This document shows positions 11,220 to 22,970 of a stretch of DNA of 64,000 nucleotides, in pieces. The notes beneath the pieces are model-generated. The model did not search any database, was not told where the DNA came from, and saw only the letters and a program-made list of their open reading frames with translations. The position numbers and the translations under genes are program-made. Positions within the stretch are counted from its first letter, which is position 1; every line of letters starts with the position of its first letter. Source of the DNA: Cyanidioschyzon merolae (taxonomy: Eukaryota); the NCBI GenBank assembly GCA_000091205.1, contig AP006495.2; one strand, 5' to 3'.

Positions 11220-14200
11220 TCCCGAAACTCGTTACAGGCTCTGCGACAAAACACTGCAGCGACACCAAAGTGCAAAAGAGCGCGGTTCCGACCGCGGGCT
11301 TCGGCGACCGTTGACCAGCCAGCTACCAGCAACAAGCACCTGTGCTAGCACAGCTGTAACCCTCAACCAGGTCGTCGACGCACCTATACGATAAGGGGCT
11401 TTGTTCTGCGCACGAAGCCAGAATCCACGGCTCGCTCTCGTCGACGTCGTTCGTTCGACGCAGATGAGATCGAAGCGAAGTTGTCGGTAAAGTCATTGCT
11501 GCAGGGCTTGCTTGCCTTCGATCATGCCGATCCGTCGAGAAACGGTACAGAGAGCCATAATGGATATCAGGGGATGTGTGATTCCACGACAGCGCTCCAC
11601 AGATATCTTCCTGTCATGCGATATCCCTGGATTCGGGTAGATCATCGGGGGCTCTTATGCTTCTTGGATTCGCTGGAAATTCGAGTCGTGCGAATCTGTG
11701 ATCGTCTGTGAACGACACGCGAACATCACGCCAGGTGTCTATGGACGACGCACCGGCATTTCTGGAATGCTGAAAGACGGTGCATCCGTGGCAAGCTCCA
11801 GGCGTGAATCCAAGCGCTAGCTCCGGGTCACCGATGCTTTTTCTTGTCATCGCGGGTGGTCAGCGTTTCAGCGCAATGCGTAGTGCACTGAGTATTGGAT
11901 GAATTCCTCGACGGTATGCTCGACAAGAAGCCGATGGTCGCTGTGGAAGCACGACATATTTCCGGGTGTTGATCGAGGCATTCAGGTACAGGTGCCGAAA
12001 CGATAACAGGCTTGCGATGCCACCAGCATCGCAAGCCTATCACCGCCAATTGGTTACTCGATTTGACTGTCGCTCAGCTTACCGTATACCACGTGGTGCA
12101 TCCAGCACTGTTTCACTGTATGCTTCTCTAACGCTTTCAGTGGGTGCCAGCACTCCTAATTCGTGAATGTTGTCGAGCAGTCATCAACGGGTATCGTGCA
12201 GTGTCGATGCCTATGCTCGGTGAACACGCGCGCTGCGAAGAAGCTGTGGTGCCGTCCCTGCGCGCTACCGAACGCCCAGTGCCATTGGCTGGCAACAAAC
12301 CTCGTGACTTGTCTGTGCTTTGCTTTTTCAACGCGTTGCATATGACGGTGATTGCGCGCGTCTTGCCTTCGTACTACCGAAACCAGTGGAGATCCGAGCT
12401 CTGTCTCGTGTGCGCTTGATATTGATCGTTCGCAGCAGCCGTTTGGGTGCGTATTTGCGTTACGAATGAGTCGTCCAATGCATCCTCCTCTGTACGAGAC
12501 GGTGCTCAGCGCGCTCGATTAGGGTCATGTTGCGGTCTGTGCAGTCGTTCGAATGTCTCCTGATGTCTGCAATGCTCCACTCGCGATGAAACCGAGCTCC
12601 GAAAAACTCAGCAGCCCTTTCTGATTTTCGTTTGAGGTCTTTGGCTCCAGCTCTGACGCCAATCATCCGGGGATGCACGGTCATCACAACGCCCTTGAAT
12701 TCATCTTCCATGAACGTCTGAACATGGGTGCCGTTGCTCGACTCAAATCTAGGCTTCACAAAGTGTGTGCAGATGGGTATGCCGCCGACCTCCATTGATG
12801 CTGCGAATGGCTTTCCATTCCCTCGCTGGAAACGACGAACATGAACCAAGCACCTCCAATGCCCGTGGCAAACCTATTCAAATGCTTCATACTTGCTCGT
12901 TGACGTCAGCCGTAGCTCGCGGAGAAGCGCCACACCGAACAGATGCGTTTGTCGTGACATGCGCGGCATGTATTCGATACATGGGCAGTGCAGGGAATAC
13001 CCGCTGGAGGAGGCTAGGGCGCTCGTTTACAGCGAGGAAATTCGCCATATGCATCGGACGGCTCTGTTCCGGGAAACGTAGTAGTTGCGCATGATGCGAG
13101 GAAGGCAGGCTTCCTGTCCCAAGCATCCCGGCTAGATGACCGCTGTCGGGCCGATGCTGAGAGCAGCACGTTGCCCTTGAAGGATGGCAGGGAGCTCTGG
13201 CTCGCGTTGCGACATATCCGCAGAACTCGCAACCAACTCGAGCTCTTCTGCCTCCATCCGGCTCATCAGTTGCTTCCACTAGCACCAGGAGGATCCGTTC
13301 CATCCGTCATTATCGATCTGGGCCAGTAAGGTGACTATACAACGCCCACAAGCTGTGCTTCTTGAAGTGCTCGACACGAACCCGCATGTGAATTTGGCTG
13401 TTGCGATTAGTTCGACGCTTTCTGAGACCAGCGCTGTAGATGCTCTGGTCGCCCCAGTCCAGCTGCGACGTGTCCAGGTACTCTCCGAAGCGCGTTGTGA
13501 ACTCACTGATCCTACAACCAGACCCTATGTCATATTCTCTATCCGGTGTATCGGAGTTGTTGTCGCACGAAGGTTTGATCCATCAATTCCTGATGAATGT
13601 TGATAGCTGGCAGCCCTGCGTCCCGGACTCGTATGAACAGCTGCTCGTCGAGGTACGGCAAGTCGGGTAATACTAGGTGAGCATTCCCAAAGCCAGAAGA
13701 TAAGCGAAGTTGAATGGCGTCACGGATAGTTTTTGGATATGAAGCATATGCGCATCTGTCGAATGAATGCTTGTACATAAAAATTCCATTGGACATTGCA
13801 GAAGACGTCATGGACGGGATGGGTCCAAATCCCGGGGCCTCACACGAAAAGCAGCACAACGCCGATACCCGCTACGTGCTCTTTGGCAGCATATTTGTGA
13901 CGAGGAGCGACATTGTCTCGGAGGCAGACCAGGGAATGCAGGAAGCCGAAGCCGCTAGTTGCGTTGACGATGCATGAGGTGTTTCATGATCCTTTCCGTA
14001 TGGAGCATTGTTACCGACTGCATGATTGCGTCTCCACTAGGGGTGAAGTTGTTGTGAGGATCGCTTCTCGCTTCGCTACGAGCAGTAGGCTGCCGCTCTG
14101 TAAGCACCCATGGACAGGTCGATCACTCCTCCCGAGTAGCGGTTCATAGCGCGAGACGAGCACCTGTTCCTCATGGGATGCGCAATCCTCTTTCAGGGCG

Positions 14201-15059
14201 AACCCGATAAAGTCTTGTCTAAAAAAGAATGGGACGGTCTCCCGTAGACAGGCGCGATTTTTTCGTTGCCCATCCGTGCCGCTTCATCCCCGTTCATATG
14301 CACCGTGCGAAAAACGTCACATACTGTGGTATCTCATGGAGTATCGCCCAGAGAGCATTCGGATTGCAACGGAATAACAAGAAAACAGCCTAGTAGATGG
14401 TGTCGGATTGGTTCTTTTCGGGTGCACGACGCTCGGAATGAAGGATACGAGAACGATCGGTCATCCAAGTGCTGAATTTTGAACGAGCGACCTGGACAAG
14501 CGAGGTGTTCTCTTCGCAGGCGAGCGGCGACAGCATTACGTATTTGCACAGCGCCTTCGTCAATGAAGAGAGGACATACCTTCTGCCAGATACCTGAGAA
14601 AAAAATCAAACATAAGCAAAAGAGCTTCCCATTAAAGATAGGCGGGAATGCGCTTCGATCTCTGCGGTTCGACCGGTCGATGCTTCATCTTCAAAATTAC
14701 GAGATAAAAGAGCACAGCTAAGGTAGGCATAGGCCTGCAGCACCTAAGGGAGCGAAATGTTTCGCCTCTATAGAGTCTATATAGATATCTACCGACGCAC
14801 AGGCGCATCCTAGTCGTTTTTGACCGGCACCTGTTATCGGTGTCAGTTGCTCTCCCAGCACACTTCGAGACCGAGAGGCTGCCGCATAGAGTTGTATCGC
14901 GTCAGCCCCTCGGGTCTCGTCTTCAACAACGCACATCGTCTGATCTGGATAGCAGCACTGAAGTCTCGGCTCACGGAAACCATGCGTTTAGTTGCCTCTG
15001 TTTGAACTCACAAGTGCCAGGCGTCCTCGAACGAGCGCCCTCTGTGTCACCACAGTCTC

Positions 15060-16050
15060 GTAATCATCCCGTCAGGCAAACACGTTTTCTCGTCTATCTC
15101 CAATCGACATCTTCTTCTTCTTCGTTGCTTGCTCTTCTGCGCCTGATTGTCGCCGAGAAGGAGATCTTCCACGTTCTTTCCTGGCAGCCGGCGAAACGGG
15201 GCCTCCAGGATCCGCCACGCTCACTTCCATCACTTTATTTTGTTTTGAATATGAACCCGATGTCGAACGCGTCTGCCTTGAACCGCGAAGCATGACTTGA
15301 ATACACGAGTGTGAAGGCTGAAGCACAGCCGACTTGCCGGACGATACGTTGCAATGACTTTAACGCAAATACAGCTCGGACGTCAGAGGAACCCGCTCAT
15401 CATCATCGTGATCGCGTTTCTCCTCAACGGCGAGATACGCATCGCATCCCATGCCTGCCAGATTTGGAGGTGCGCGTATCGACCCCGCTATATAGAAAAA
15501 AGAACACAAACGAACATCTAACTAGCAACGAGATAACGATTTCTTTCCACCGCTACGATCAAAGTCAAACAGAGGAAACGTTTTCCGTATTGTCGAAAGT
15601 TTACCTTCCAGACGAAAGGTCCCGCAAGCCGGACGAGTCGATCGGGCTCTCGCGCCATATTCCTCCGTAGGGGCGGGTGCTGTAATGAGACCTGAGCAAC
15701 TCGTCGGCAACGCAGTTTATTCTGGGACTCGGAGCGGGTAGCCTGCGTCTGCGCGTCGCCCTGGTCGCAGTGGACTCCTAGCAGCTCGCTTCCCGCTGTC
15801 GCAGGCAGTGGATCTGTCAGCACATCTTCCATGCTTCCAGAATGCTGATGAATCTCGATTCCGTATTCACTGAATCATGCCGCAAGCGGACGCCCTCAGT
15901 AGTATCCCAAAGCGGCGCTGTCTCTGTGCTCCATCCGCACCATCTGTAGCGGTGCTATTGCGGGTGCTTACCGCGGGTACTAGATGCTCGACAGAACGTA
16001 CGAAACTACAAGTACGTACAGCAGAATGCATACGTAATGGGACTTGAAGA
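15060..16050 (-). mobile_element. Fragment E: solo ~1 kb 5' region of the element, lacking the nuclease ORF
   Basis: It is collinear with A 35990-36960 and with the B 5' region (e.g. ggtaaactttcgacaatacggaaaacg, ctgcgaccagggcgacgc, cgccggctgccag). There is no homology to ORF segment 1 beyond ~15060. It ends ~200 bp from the start of the 16261 gene. Confidence 0.5.
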
Positions 16051-16260
16051 AAGGATCCAGCATCATGGACGTTTTGTCGATTACCAATACCCATCCCACA
16101 GTCGGGGATCCGCGGTCCATCGAGACGTACTGCCGAATCGCACCAATCAGCGCAATGATCTCCTTGACGCCCGGTATTCGAGCTCCTTCTCTACGATCAG
16201 GAAACGTACGCTTGCAGCGCTGCGTTGCGGTAGGCAGTAGAAGCACGGAGCTCGTTACAA

Positions 16261-18243
16261 GTGGCTTTGTCTGGTGCACCAATGGTACCTGGTGTTGCGT
16301 TTTTGGCGTGCCCGGTGCCGCTCCGATGGCAGGTGACGCATCCAGCGTCCGACGGTACCGCGGCACCTCGTCGGCTGCAGCAGTCACGTCGTTGGGCGGC
16401 GCTGTGGCAGCCTCGCGGAACGCGCACTTGGCTTCAGTGCTCGTCTGCCTCTCTCGACAACTCGAACTTGGGACGGACTGAGCGGTTACGGGGCTCAGTG
16501 ACGCTGTCCAGTCTGGGTGATGACTGGGTTGAGGCGTTCACGCGGGCGGTGAACGCACTGCTCGAAAACCCGGAGAGCGACGTACCGAAACAGTTGCTCG
16601 AGTCGTTACTGGCTCCAGATGCCAGATGGAGTGGAGACCTGATTGAACGCGCTACAACGCGGGCGTCCATTATCGACAAACTGGAACGGGCTGTTCACTT
16701 CTGGGAGTGCGCTGGCTGGTACATCCCGCCGAACGGTGTACGGTATCGGACAACGGCGGCGGAGCGCACCACTGCTTCCACCTCCGCGACTATCCACGTG
16801 GATATAGAGTTTATGGTGTCAGGACTGTGGCCTTTACCGTGGCGGCCACGCGTCGCCAGTGCTGGCACCTTATCCGTGGAACTCGAGCTCACAGGTGATG
16901 TATCCAGGAGCAGGTTGCGGGCACGGAATATCAAAGACAGACTCGAACAGGCAACACTGCCGGTTCTCACGCAACTTGTACCGAGTTTGTCAGACTTTGC
17001 CGCTGTGTACGTTGCACCAATGCCGGAGAACGATGCGGTTTTCCGTCGACGTGCCAGTCAGAGCACTCTGCTGGACGCTTCTGCACAGCGGCCGTCAGCG
17101 CTTAAGCGCAGTCCTGAGTACATCGACGGCAGCCACGAGCAACAACCAAGTGAAACCGCTGCCGCATCGCCACCTGCGACACAAGCAGAGCGTCAGCGCG
17201 CGAATACCCTGCCCACTGGACCTGAGAGCGTAAGCCGCGGTGGTTTTCGTTTACCGCCACGATGCTATCGCGAGCCTCCGTATCGACCGTATGTTGAGTG
17301 CTTCCTTCTGCCGGGAATGACGCGCCCCGCCTCGATAAAGTCAGCGTCGGGGTCGATGTTTCCTGTATTGCCCGCATTCGTTTTTAACTTTAGTCGATTT
17401 CGGAACCGTCTGGTGCTGGATCCTCAACAGTTCGCCTTTGTAACACCTGTTCAGGTGCGACGCTGGCTCCTCGACGAACTCGACCAGAACGTTGGCGCTC
17501 TTCTGGATAGAGCCGACTCGGTGCCTGCGCCCCGAGAGGAGCTATATCTTCCCGAAGCGTTCGATGTCTTCGATACTGAGGATCTTTTCGACGAGATTCA
17601 AAGTCAGATCGCGAGTTGGTCGTCTCCTGTTGACGATCATGACGCATCGGTGCTGCAATGGCGCATCCCTGTTCCGATTCGTTTTGGACGAGGAAGGCGG
17701 GTTGTTGTTGCACCGCACCCGTATGCGGATGCGCTGGGACGGGGTGAAACCCCGTCGGACGAAAACCTGAATGGTGCCCCAACGGGTGCTCAACAGTTTT
17801 CCTCTGCAGCGCTTCCACGCTCCGTTTTTCGGATTCCGAGCGCAGTCTCTCCGGTTACGGTGGAGCGCTTAGAGCGCACGGGCGCTCCGCCGCTGCCTTC
17901 GATATCCGCCAACGGCCGCGTGCTTGTGCGTTATGCGCTCAGCGAAGGCACGGGGTGTGTATTCTTCGCTCGTCGGTTTCGGGGTATGCTCACACCGGGA
18001 CGTCTCGCTCGGCTCCGCTACGACCTGCTGATGGATTTGCGTCTTGCTGGTCGCGTGCCGGCTGGTTGGCTACCCCACGAGTCCCGATGGCGACTTTCTT
18101 GTTATGATTGCTCGGTTGGATTCGATGAAAACGCGGAGATCTCCGTTGCTGTTTACCGCTCGAGTCGCCCGCTGTTTTGTATCTTTGAACTAGCACTTGA
18201 GGTGCCGCGGGCTTTCTCACAGGCAGATACGGCAGCATCGTAA
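16261..18243 (+). CDS. Hypothetical protein (660-aa ORF, no recognisable domain)
   Basis: Long ORF in an otherwise ORF-poor region, with codon-like composition. I recognise no motifs. Confidence 0.35.
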   Translation: MALSGAPMVPGVAFLACPVPLRWQVTHPASDGTAAPRRLQQSRRWAALWQPRGTRTWLQCSSASLDNSNLGRTERLRGSVTLSSLGDDWVEAFTRAVNALLENPESDVPKQLLESLLAPDARWSGDLIERATTRASIIDKLERAVHFWECAGWYIPPNGVRYRTTAAERTTASTSATIHVDIEFMVSGLWPLPWRPRVASAGTLSVELELTGDVSRSRLRARNIKDRLEQATLPVLTQLVPSLSDFAAVYVAPMPENDAVFRRRASQSTLLDASAQRPSALKRSPEYIDGSHEQQPSETAAASPPATQAERQRANTLPTGPESVSRGGFRLPPRCYREPPYRPYVECFLLPGMTRPASIKSASGSMFPVLPAFVFNFSRFRNRLVLDPQQFAFVTPVQVRRWLLDELDQNVGALLDRADSVPAPREELYLPEAFDVFDTEDLFDEIQSQIASWSSPVDDHDASVLQWRIPVPIRFGRGRRVVVAPHPYADALGRGETPSDENLNGAPTGAQQFSSAALPRSVFRIPSAVSPVTVERLERTGAPPLPSISANGRVLVRYALSEGTGCVFFARRFRGMLTPGRLARLRYDLLMDLRLAGRVPAGWLPHESRWRLSCYDCSVGFDENAEISVAVYRSSRPLFCIFELALEVPRAFSQADTAAS

Positions 18244-18974
18244 GTTCGTGAAGGCTTTCGATGCGAGCGATTTCGCTTGTTCCACGTATCGACAGTTGTG
18301 TTTCAGTTCCCGAGCGTAGATACCGGATACCATGCGAGGACGTGTCGCGACATGGAGTCCAGCCTCGCTCGCGGGTAACTTGTGCGTTGCACCTGGATGA
18401 GCAGACATCGGACTCGAGCCGAGCTCGAGTTGCCAGCAGTGCCAGAGATGCCCCATCCAGTACGTACGTGTGGTCTGTGTGCTGCAGCTGTCGACGTCAA
18501 GTCGCTTCGGTCAGTCGACTTTGCATGTCCATTACGTGACCATGAGGTAAGTTCTTGTAGCGGCCTCGCGGGGGCGGTGCAGCTTCTCGTTCTCATTGTT
18601 GTTTCGTGCGCAATGGCTAGCATTTTGAGTCTGTTGGCGCCATGCGCTGACCCCAGAAGCGACGATGCTCTGGATATCGCAACCGCTGCTCTAGGTGTCC
18701 GAAAACATGGCCAAATCAAAACGAACCGAGCGTGGTGGCATAGTCGCTGCAGCATCCTGCTTTTTCACACATGTCTGGAGTACTGCGGTGCGTTGACGCT
18801 TTGCTCTGCTACCTTGTTGACAACTGCCTATGCTTATTCACATGAATATGCGTAAGAGAGTCCGCACTGCGGTTGTCTTGCCGCGAAAGAGGCGTCTTCG
18901 TGCCCGCAGTTGTGCGGCGTGCATCCTGTCAGTGCACTCTGCTCGTTCCCGGGGTCCATCGAAGAGCAAGAGCC

Positions 18975-19358
18975 TCATTCGCGCCACTGGGCACCACACT
19001 CCAAACACCGATAAAACGTGGTCATAGGCTCGTCTGCACTGCGTGTTTGCAACTGGTAAAAGCTGGCCTTTCGTGCGCTACAGCGCTCGCAACGAACCTG
19101 GCTTGTTTCTTGACCAGCTGACTCTGCACCGAGCACCACAAGCTCCTCTGGTTGCTGTAGGGTCTGCGACACTCCCGCTCGGACTTGGTTTCTGTCTCGG
19201 GCGGTCCAGGGATGGAGCGGCTCTGTCCAAGTGGTGTTCGGCGGTGGCGTGTAGCAGTACCCGCAGCGTCGACAGAGCAGACAGGTCAGCACCTGATCAA
19301 CGCGCCGCTGATGCTGCACTGTACGCACTCTTTCATAGCAAACTGGACAGTAGAGCAT
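18975..19358 (-). CDS. DNA-directed RNA polymerase III subunit C11/RPC10-like (TFIIS-type zinc ribbon)
   Basis: The C-terminus RCERCSARKASFYQLQTRSADEPMTTFYRCLECGAQWRE matches the TFIIS/C11 C2C2 zinc ribbon with the SADEP acidic loop. An N-terminal CPVC...CLLCRRCGY second zinc ribbon is present. The ORF track gives 18975..19841 (288 aa), but the conserved ~127-aa protein starts at the internal Met (MLYCPVCY) near 19358. Confidence 0.6.
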   Translation of the reverse strand: MLYCPVCYERVRTVQHQRRVDQVLTCLLCRRCGYCYTPPPNTTWTEPLHPWTARDRNQVRAGVSQTLQQPEELVVLGAESAGQETSQVRCERCSARKASFYQLQTRSADEPMTTFYRCLECGAQWRE

Positions 19359-22300
19359 CAGGTCTTCGCATACGGTGGGAGCGGTCGGCGTGTTCCCGCC
19401 CTCAGCGACGCTGAACTCCAGTCTGAACGAGAACGAGTTGCGGGCAATGTGCTTGCCGCGTTCGCTGCTGGGCATGCCACCGACTAGTGTGTCAGGTGGA
19501 TATGGAGCATTGGAGTGCTCGCTCGTTCTCTCTATCTGTCTGTCTATCTCTGTGCTCTTGCTTTGCTGTTTTATACGAACTGGTTTGGGTGGACAACTTC
19601 GACATTCAAAGCACGGCAATGAGGCGTTACGGATGCATACGAGTTTAGAAGATGCTCGGTTGCCTTTTCGAGGCCAAGTCGACGCTTTACCGCTGGCGTC
19701 TGAGACGGCATCGCGATCAAGCGGATACGCAACACACTCGGGCAGGTTCGGTGGTAACGGAAGCGATGGCGTTATCCAATGCATACGTAGGAGCCTGTCA
19801 TGCTCTCCTTTACTTCCGAGTCGCGTGGTCAATGCATGCATTGTTCCATTCCTCGCTTTTTCTGTTTCGAGTTCTCACCCGTGGGCGCAGCGATTCGTAA
19901 TGCTAGATGAAAGAGCGGAAAACGCAATGATTTCTCGTGATGAGCTCTTCGGAAGCTCATGCCGAATCTTGCCTGACCTTCGCATGTCCAGGAGTCGATG
20001 CCGTTCGAAAGACAGATTCTGCGTTGTTTGTGATCATCGAGAAGTCTGCATTTTACTGAAGCAATGTATCGTTCACGAAATGTAGTCCCAGCGGCTCGCA
20101 TCTCTTCGGTTTCCACGGGGATCGGTTTTGGACTCGCACCAGCGCTATGGTAGTAACCACTTCGCGTGGAGCGTGTTTCATCGCTTCGCACGAAGGCAGC
20201 GCAGCTGTATCAAAGCTTCCCTGTTTGTTCTCTAGCTTGGAATGGCTTGACGGTTCTTGTATCGCGATGACGAAAGTAGCGTTGCAAAAATCCTCTGTCG
20301 AGTAGAACAGCGTGCGCTTCCGCGTATGACAGACAGCGTACTCGTCGAGTGGTCTACCCCAATGAGCCTGTGGATGTAGGATGAGGGACAGGGCGCAGAA
20401 ATGGAGGACGCTTACGAAGGGCGTCCTTTTTACCCGTTGAGGGTATTTTTCGAGCGCTGGAGGAAGCGCTCATACGTCGCAGGTCAAGGCTTGGTGAATC
20501 TGAGGTAGACATATGGGAACACCCGTCCACAATCAAGTGCCAGCGCTGGTAAGTGCACACCTCGGTTGTATACATAGAGGATGGAAATGGCAGGGGAAGC
20601 GTGGATCGAAAGCACGAACTGTGCGACAAATGCGTCGACAGCAGCCAGAAGCGGTGCAACCTAGAGATTCCATGCTGCCACCAGCATCGCTCGGCTGCTG
20701 GCGACGGAGCAAGAGGGAAACCAGGGACCCGCGCACTTCATGCGGGGCGACAAGCGGCAGCGAGAGGAAGCACTCGGAGGAATCGTGCGAAAACGCTAGT
20801 GTTCATAACGCTATGAAGAGACTCAAACTTTAGTGTACACGAATGCGCTAGGGTACCTGTCCCATTTGGTGCTGATATGGGTCTCTAGGCACAGGAGACT
20901 TCCCGAGCTCCATGTCCTGAGCGCGCACCTGTCTGTCCGGGAGACAAACGGAAGTGCATTGACATCTCCTGTCGGTTGCAAGGACAAGTGTATATGGAGA
21001 CAATGACTAGTTGGCAGGGGATTTGCAAGTCGCAGCTATCGCCGCGTTCACGCGGAACGCGCTAGCTTCATCCAAGCACTTGGCCCTGCGCGGTGTCCAA
21101 GACACCTGCTTGTTTCCGCCTTCGACGACGCCTGATCTCCGACGCATCATAATGACGATGAGTATGCTTTGTGGTTGCTATACATCCTTTAGAGTTGTGC
21201 TGCGGAAAACGGAATATCTATCATGAGTTTGTCTGTGAACCGTGTTTGTTGGCAGTTCATTGTGCTGGCGCGATCACCATGGCCCTCTAGTGTTTACGCC
21301 ATCATCCACGACACTGGACCTACTGCATTTCTCCGCTCTGTCAGCGGTGACACTGGGACGCGCTGCGTATGACGAACGCGGCGTACTTCTGTTCATGATT
21401 CCGGGGTGGAAGCGGCCGTTGCCGTCCTGAGTGCTGCGAATGGATTGAAAGTTCCGCTTTCGGAATCGAGGAGTCGTCTGCTTGACACGCTGGGGAGAAA
21501 ATGCAAAGACTTTTACTTTTGCTGAAACAGCCTTGATTTCTGGCACGATTGGGATCTGCAGCAACGACAACTGCACGATTATTGGTGATCCTGGTCCAAC
21601 ATGAGTGTCCGGTACTTGGTCGAAGGTAGCGCGAATTCACCATCCCGACTTGCTGTGATAGACGTGACTTTTCTAGGTTTTCTGGAATACACCAGGACGC
21701 TGGCTTCCATGCCTGGATAAAGCGAGTTTCGAAGGCGCTCATAGCAAGATGCCCCGTCCATGTCTACATACACCAACGTTCGTACTTCAGGAGCCAACGA
21801 TGCTCATCCGATTTTACCCAGTCCATATCTTACGCTCATCGTGCAGCAATGGATGACGGATATTCACGGCTACCGGTGAAATGTGCAACGATCCGCTCCG
21901 GGACACTCAATGCAGCGCGAGCGTACCGTGTTTCTGACCCGGTAAGCAGCGCATCACAAGTGCGCTCGGTAATTGATGGTTCAGCTTCAAATACAAGCGC
22001 GCGTGCATCTTTCGCAGTGCACGAAAGTTGTCGCTCTCTGCGTTGCATCTTCCGGCAATGATGGCTCTGTCTGGGCAGCACGAGTATATCTGTGCGCTAT
22101 TTTTGAGCTTGGATGGCATTTAGCACCCCTTTTGAGCATACCCTTGCGTCCTATCCACTTGATGTAGACCAAGTATGCATGAGCAAGATCGCGAGTGCCG
22201 CCTAACATCCACTTCACGTCGTGTTCGTAGCTTCTTCTGTTGCTTATCTCCGCGTGGCTATTCTAGGTCTATGGGAAAGAACAAATTTGCGCGTAGCACT

Positions 22301-22970
22301 TGGAGCCTCCAGCGCACGCATTCGATCTTTCCCAATGCCGCAGACGTCGGCTTCGACGTACGGCAAGGTATTTTTTTGGCGGGCACTGAACGAGGTAGTT
22401 GCATATGGTTCATATCTATAAATAACTGTACATATGCATCCCCTGGCGCGAAAATCTCTTTCTCGCCTTCTTCCCCCAGGAATACATGCCCGTCACCAGC
22501 CGCTGGTTACCAAGATCAGCGCCGTTCGATCACCCCCAAGTACCGAGAACCATAGAGTTTAGCCCAGGATCCATGACAAGTTCAAACACAGTCTCTGACT
22601 CTTTCATACCTACCAGGCATCTTTCTTGAGTCCCTCTACCATGATATCATTTCCAAATATCTAAAGGACCAAATACGTCCATAAGCACCATCCCATCATT
22701 TCTATGCATCTCAGAAATCAAGCACCAGTACGTGAACGTACGATCCGATGAGCATTTTCGCGCCTTCTTTCAAACGTGTTGGCGCCTCCCGCGCATCCAT
22801 CCTGCAGAGCGCTGCGGCGCCTCGCGCGAAAGCCAACTGCCCTGGCGCCAATCGACGGACGCAGACCGCCGCTGGCGCTGTGCAAGAGCTCTCGAGCAAC
22901 AACAAGGTACGCGCTTGAACATTGTCGAAGTGGACTTCCCAGCAGAGAGAGCCGAAGATTTGAACCAGCA

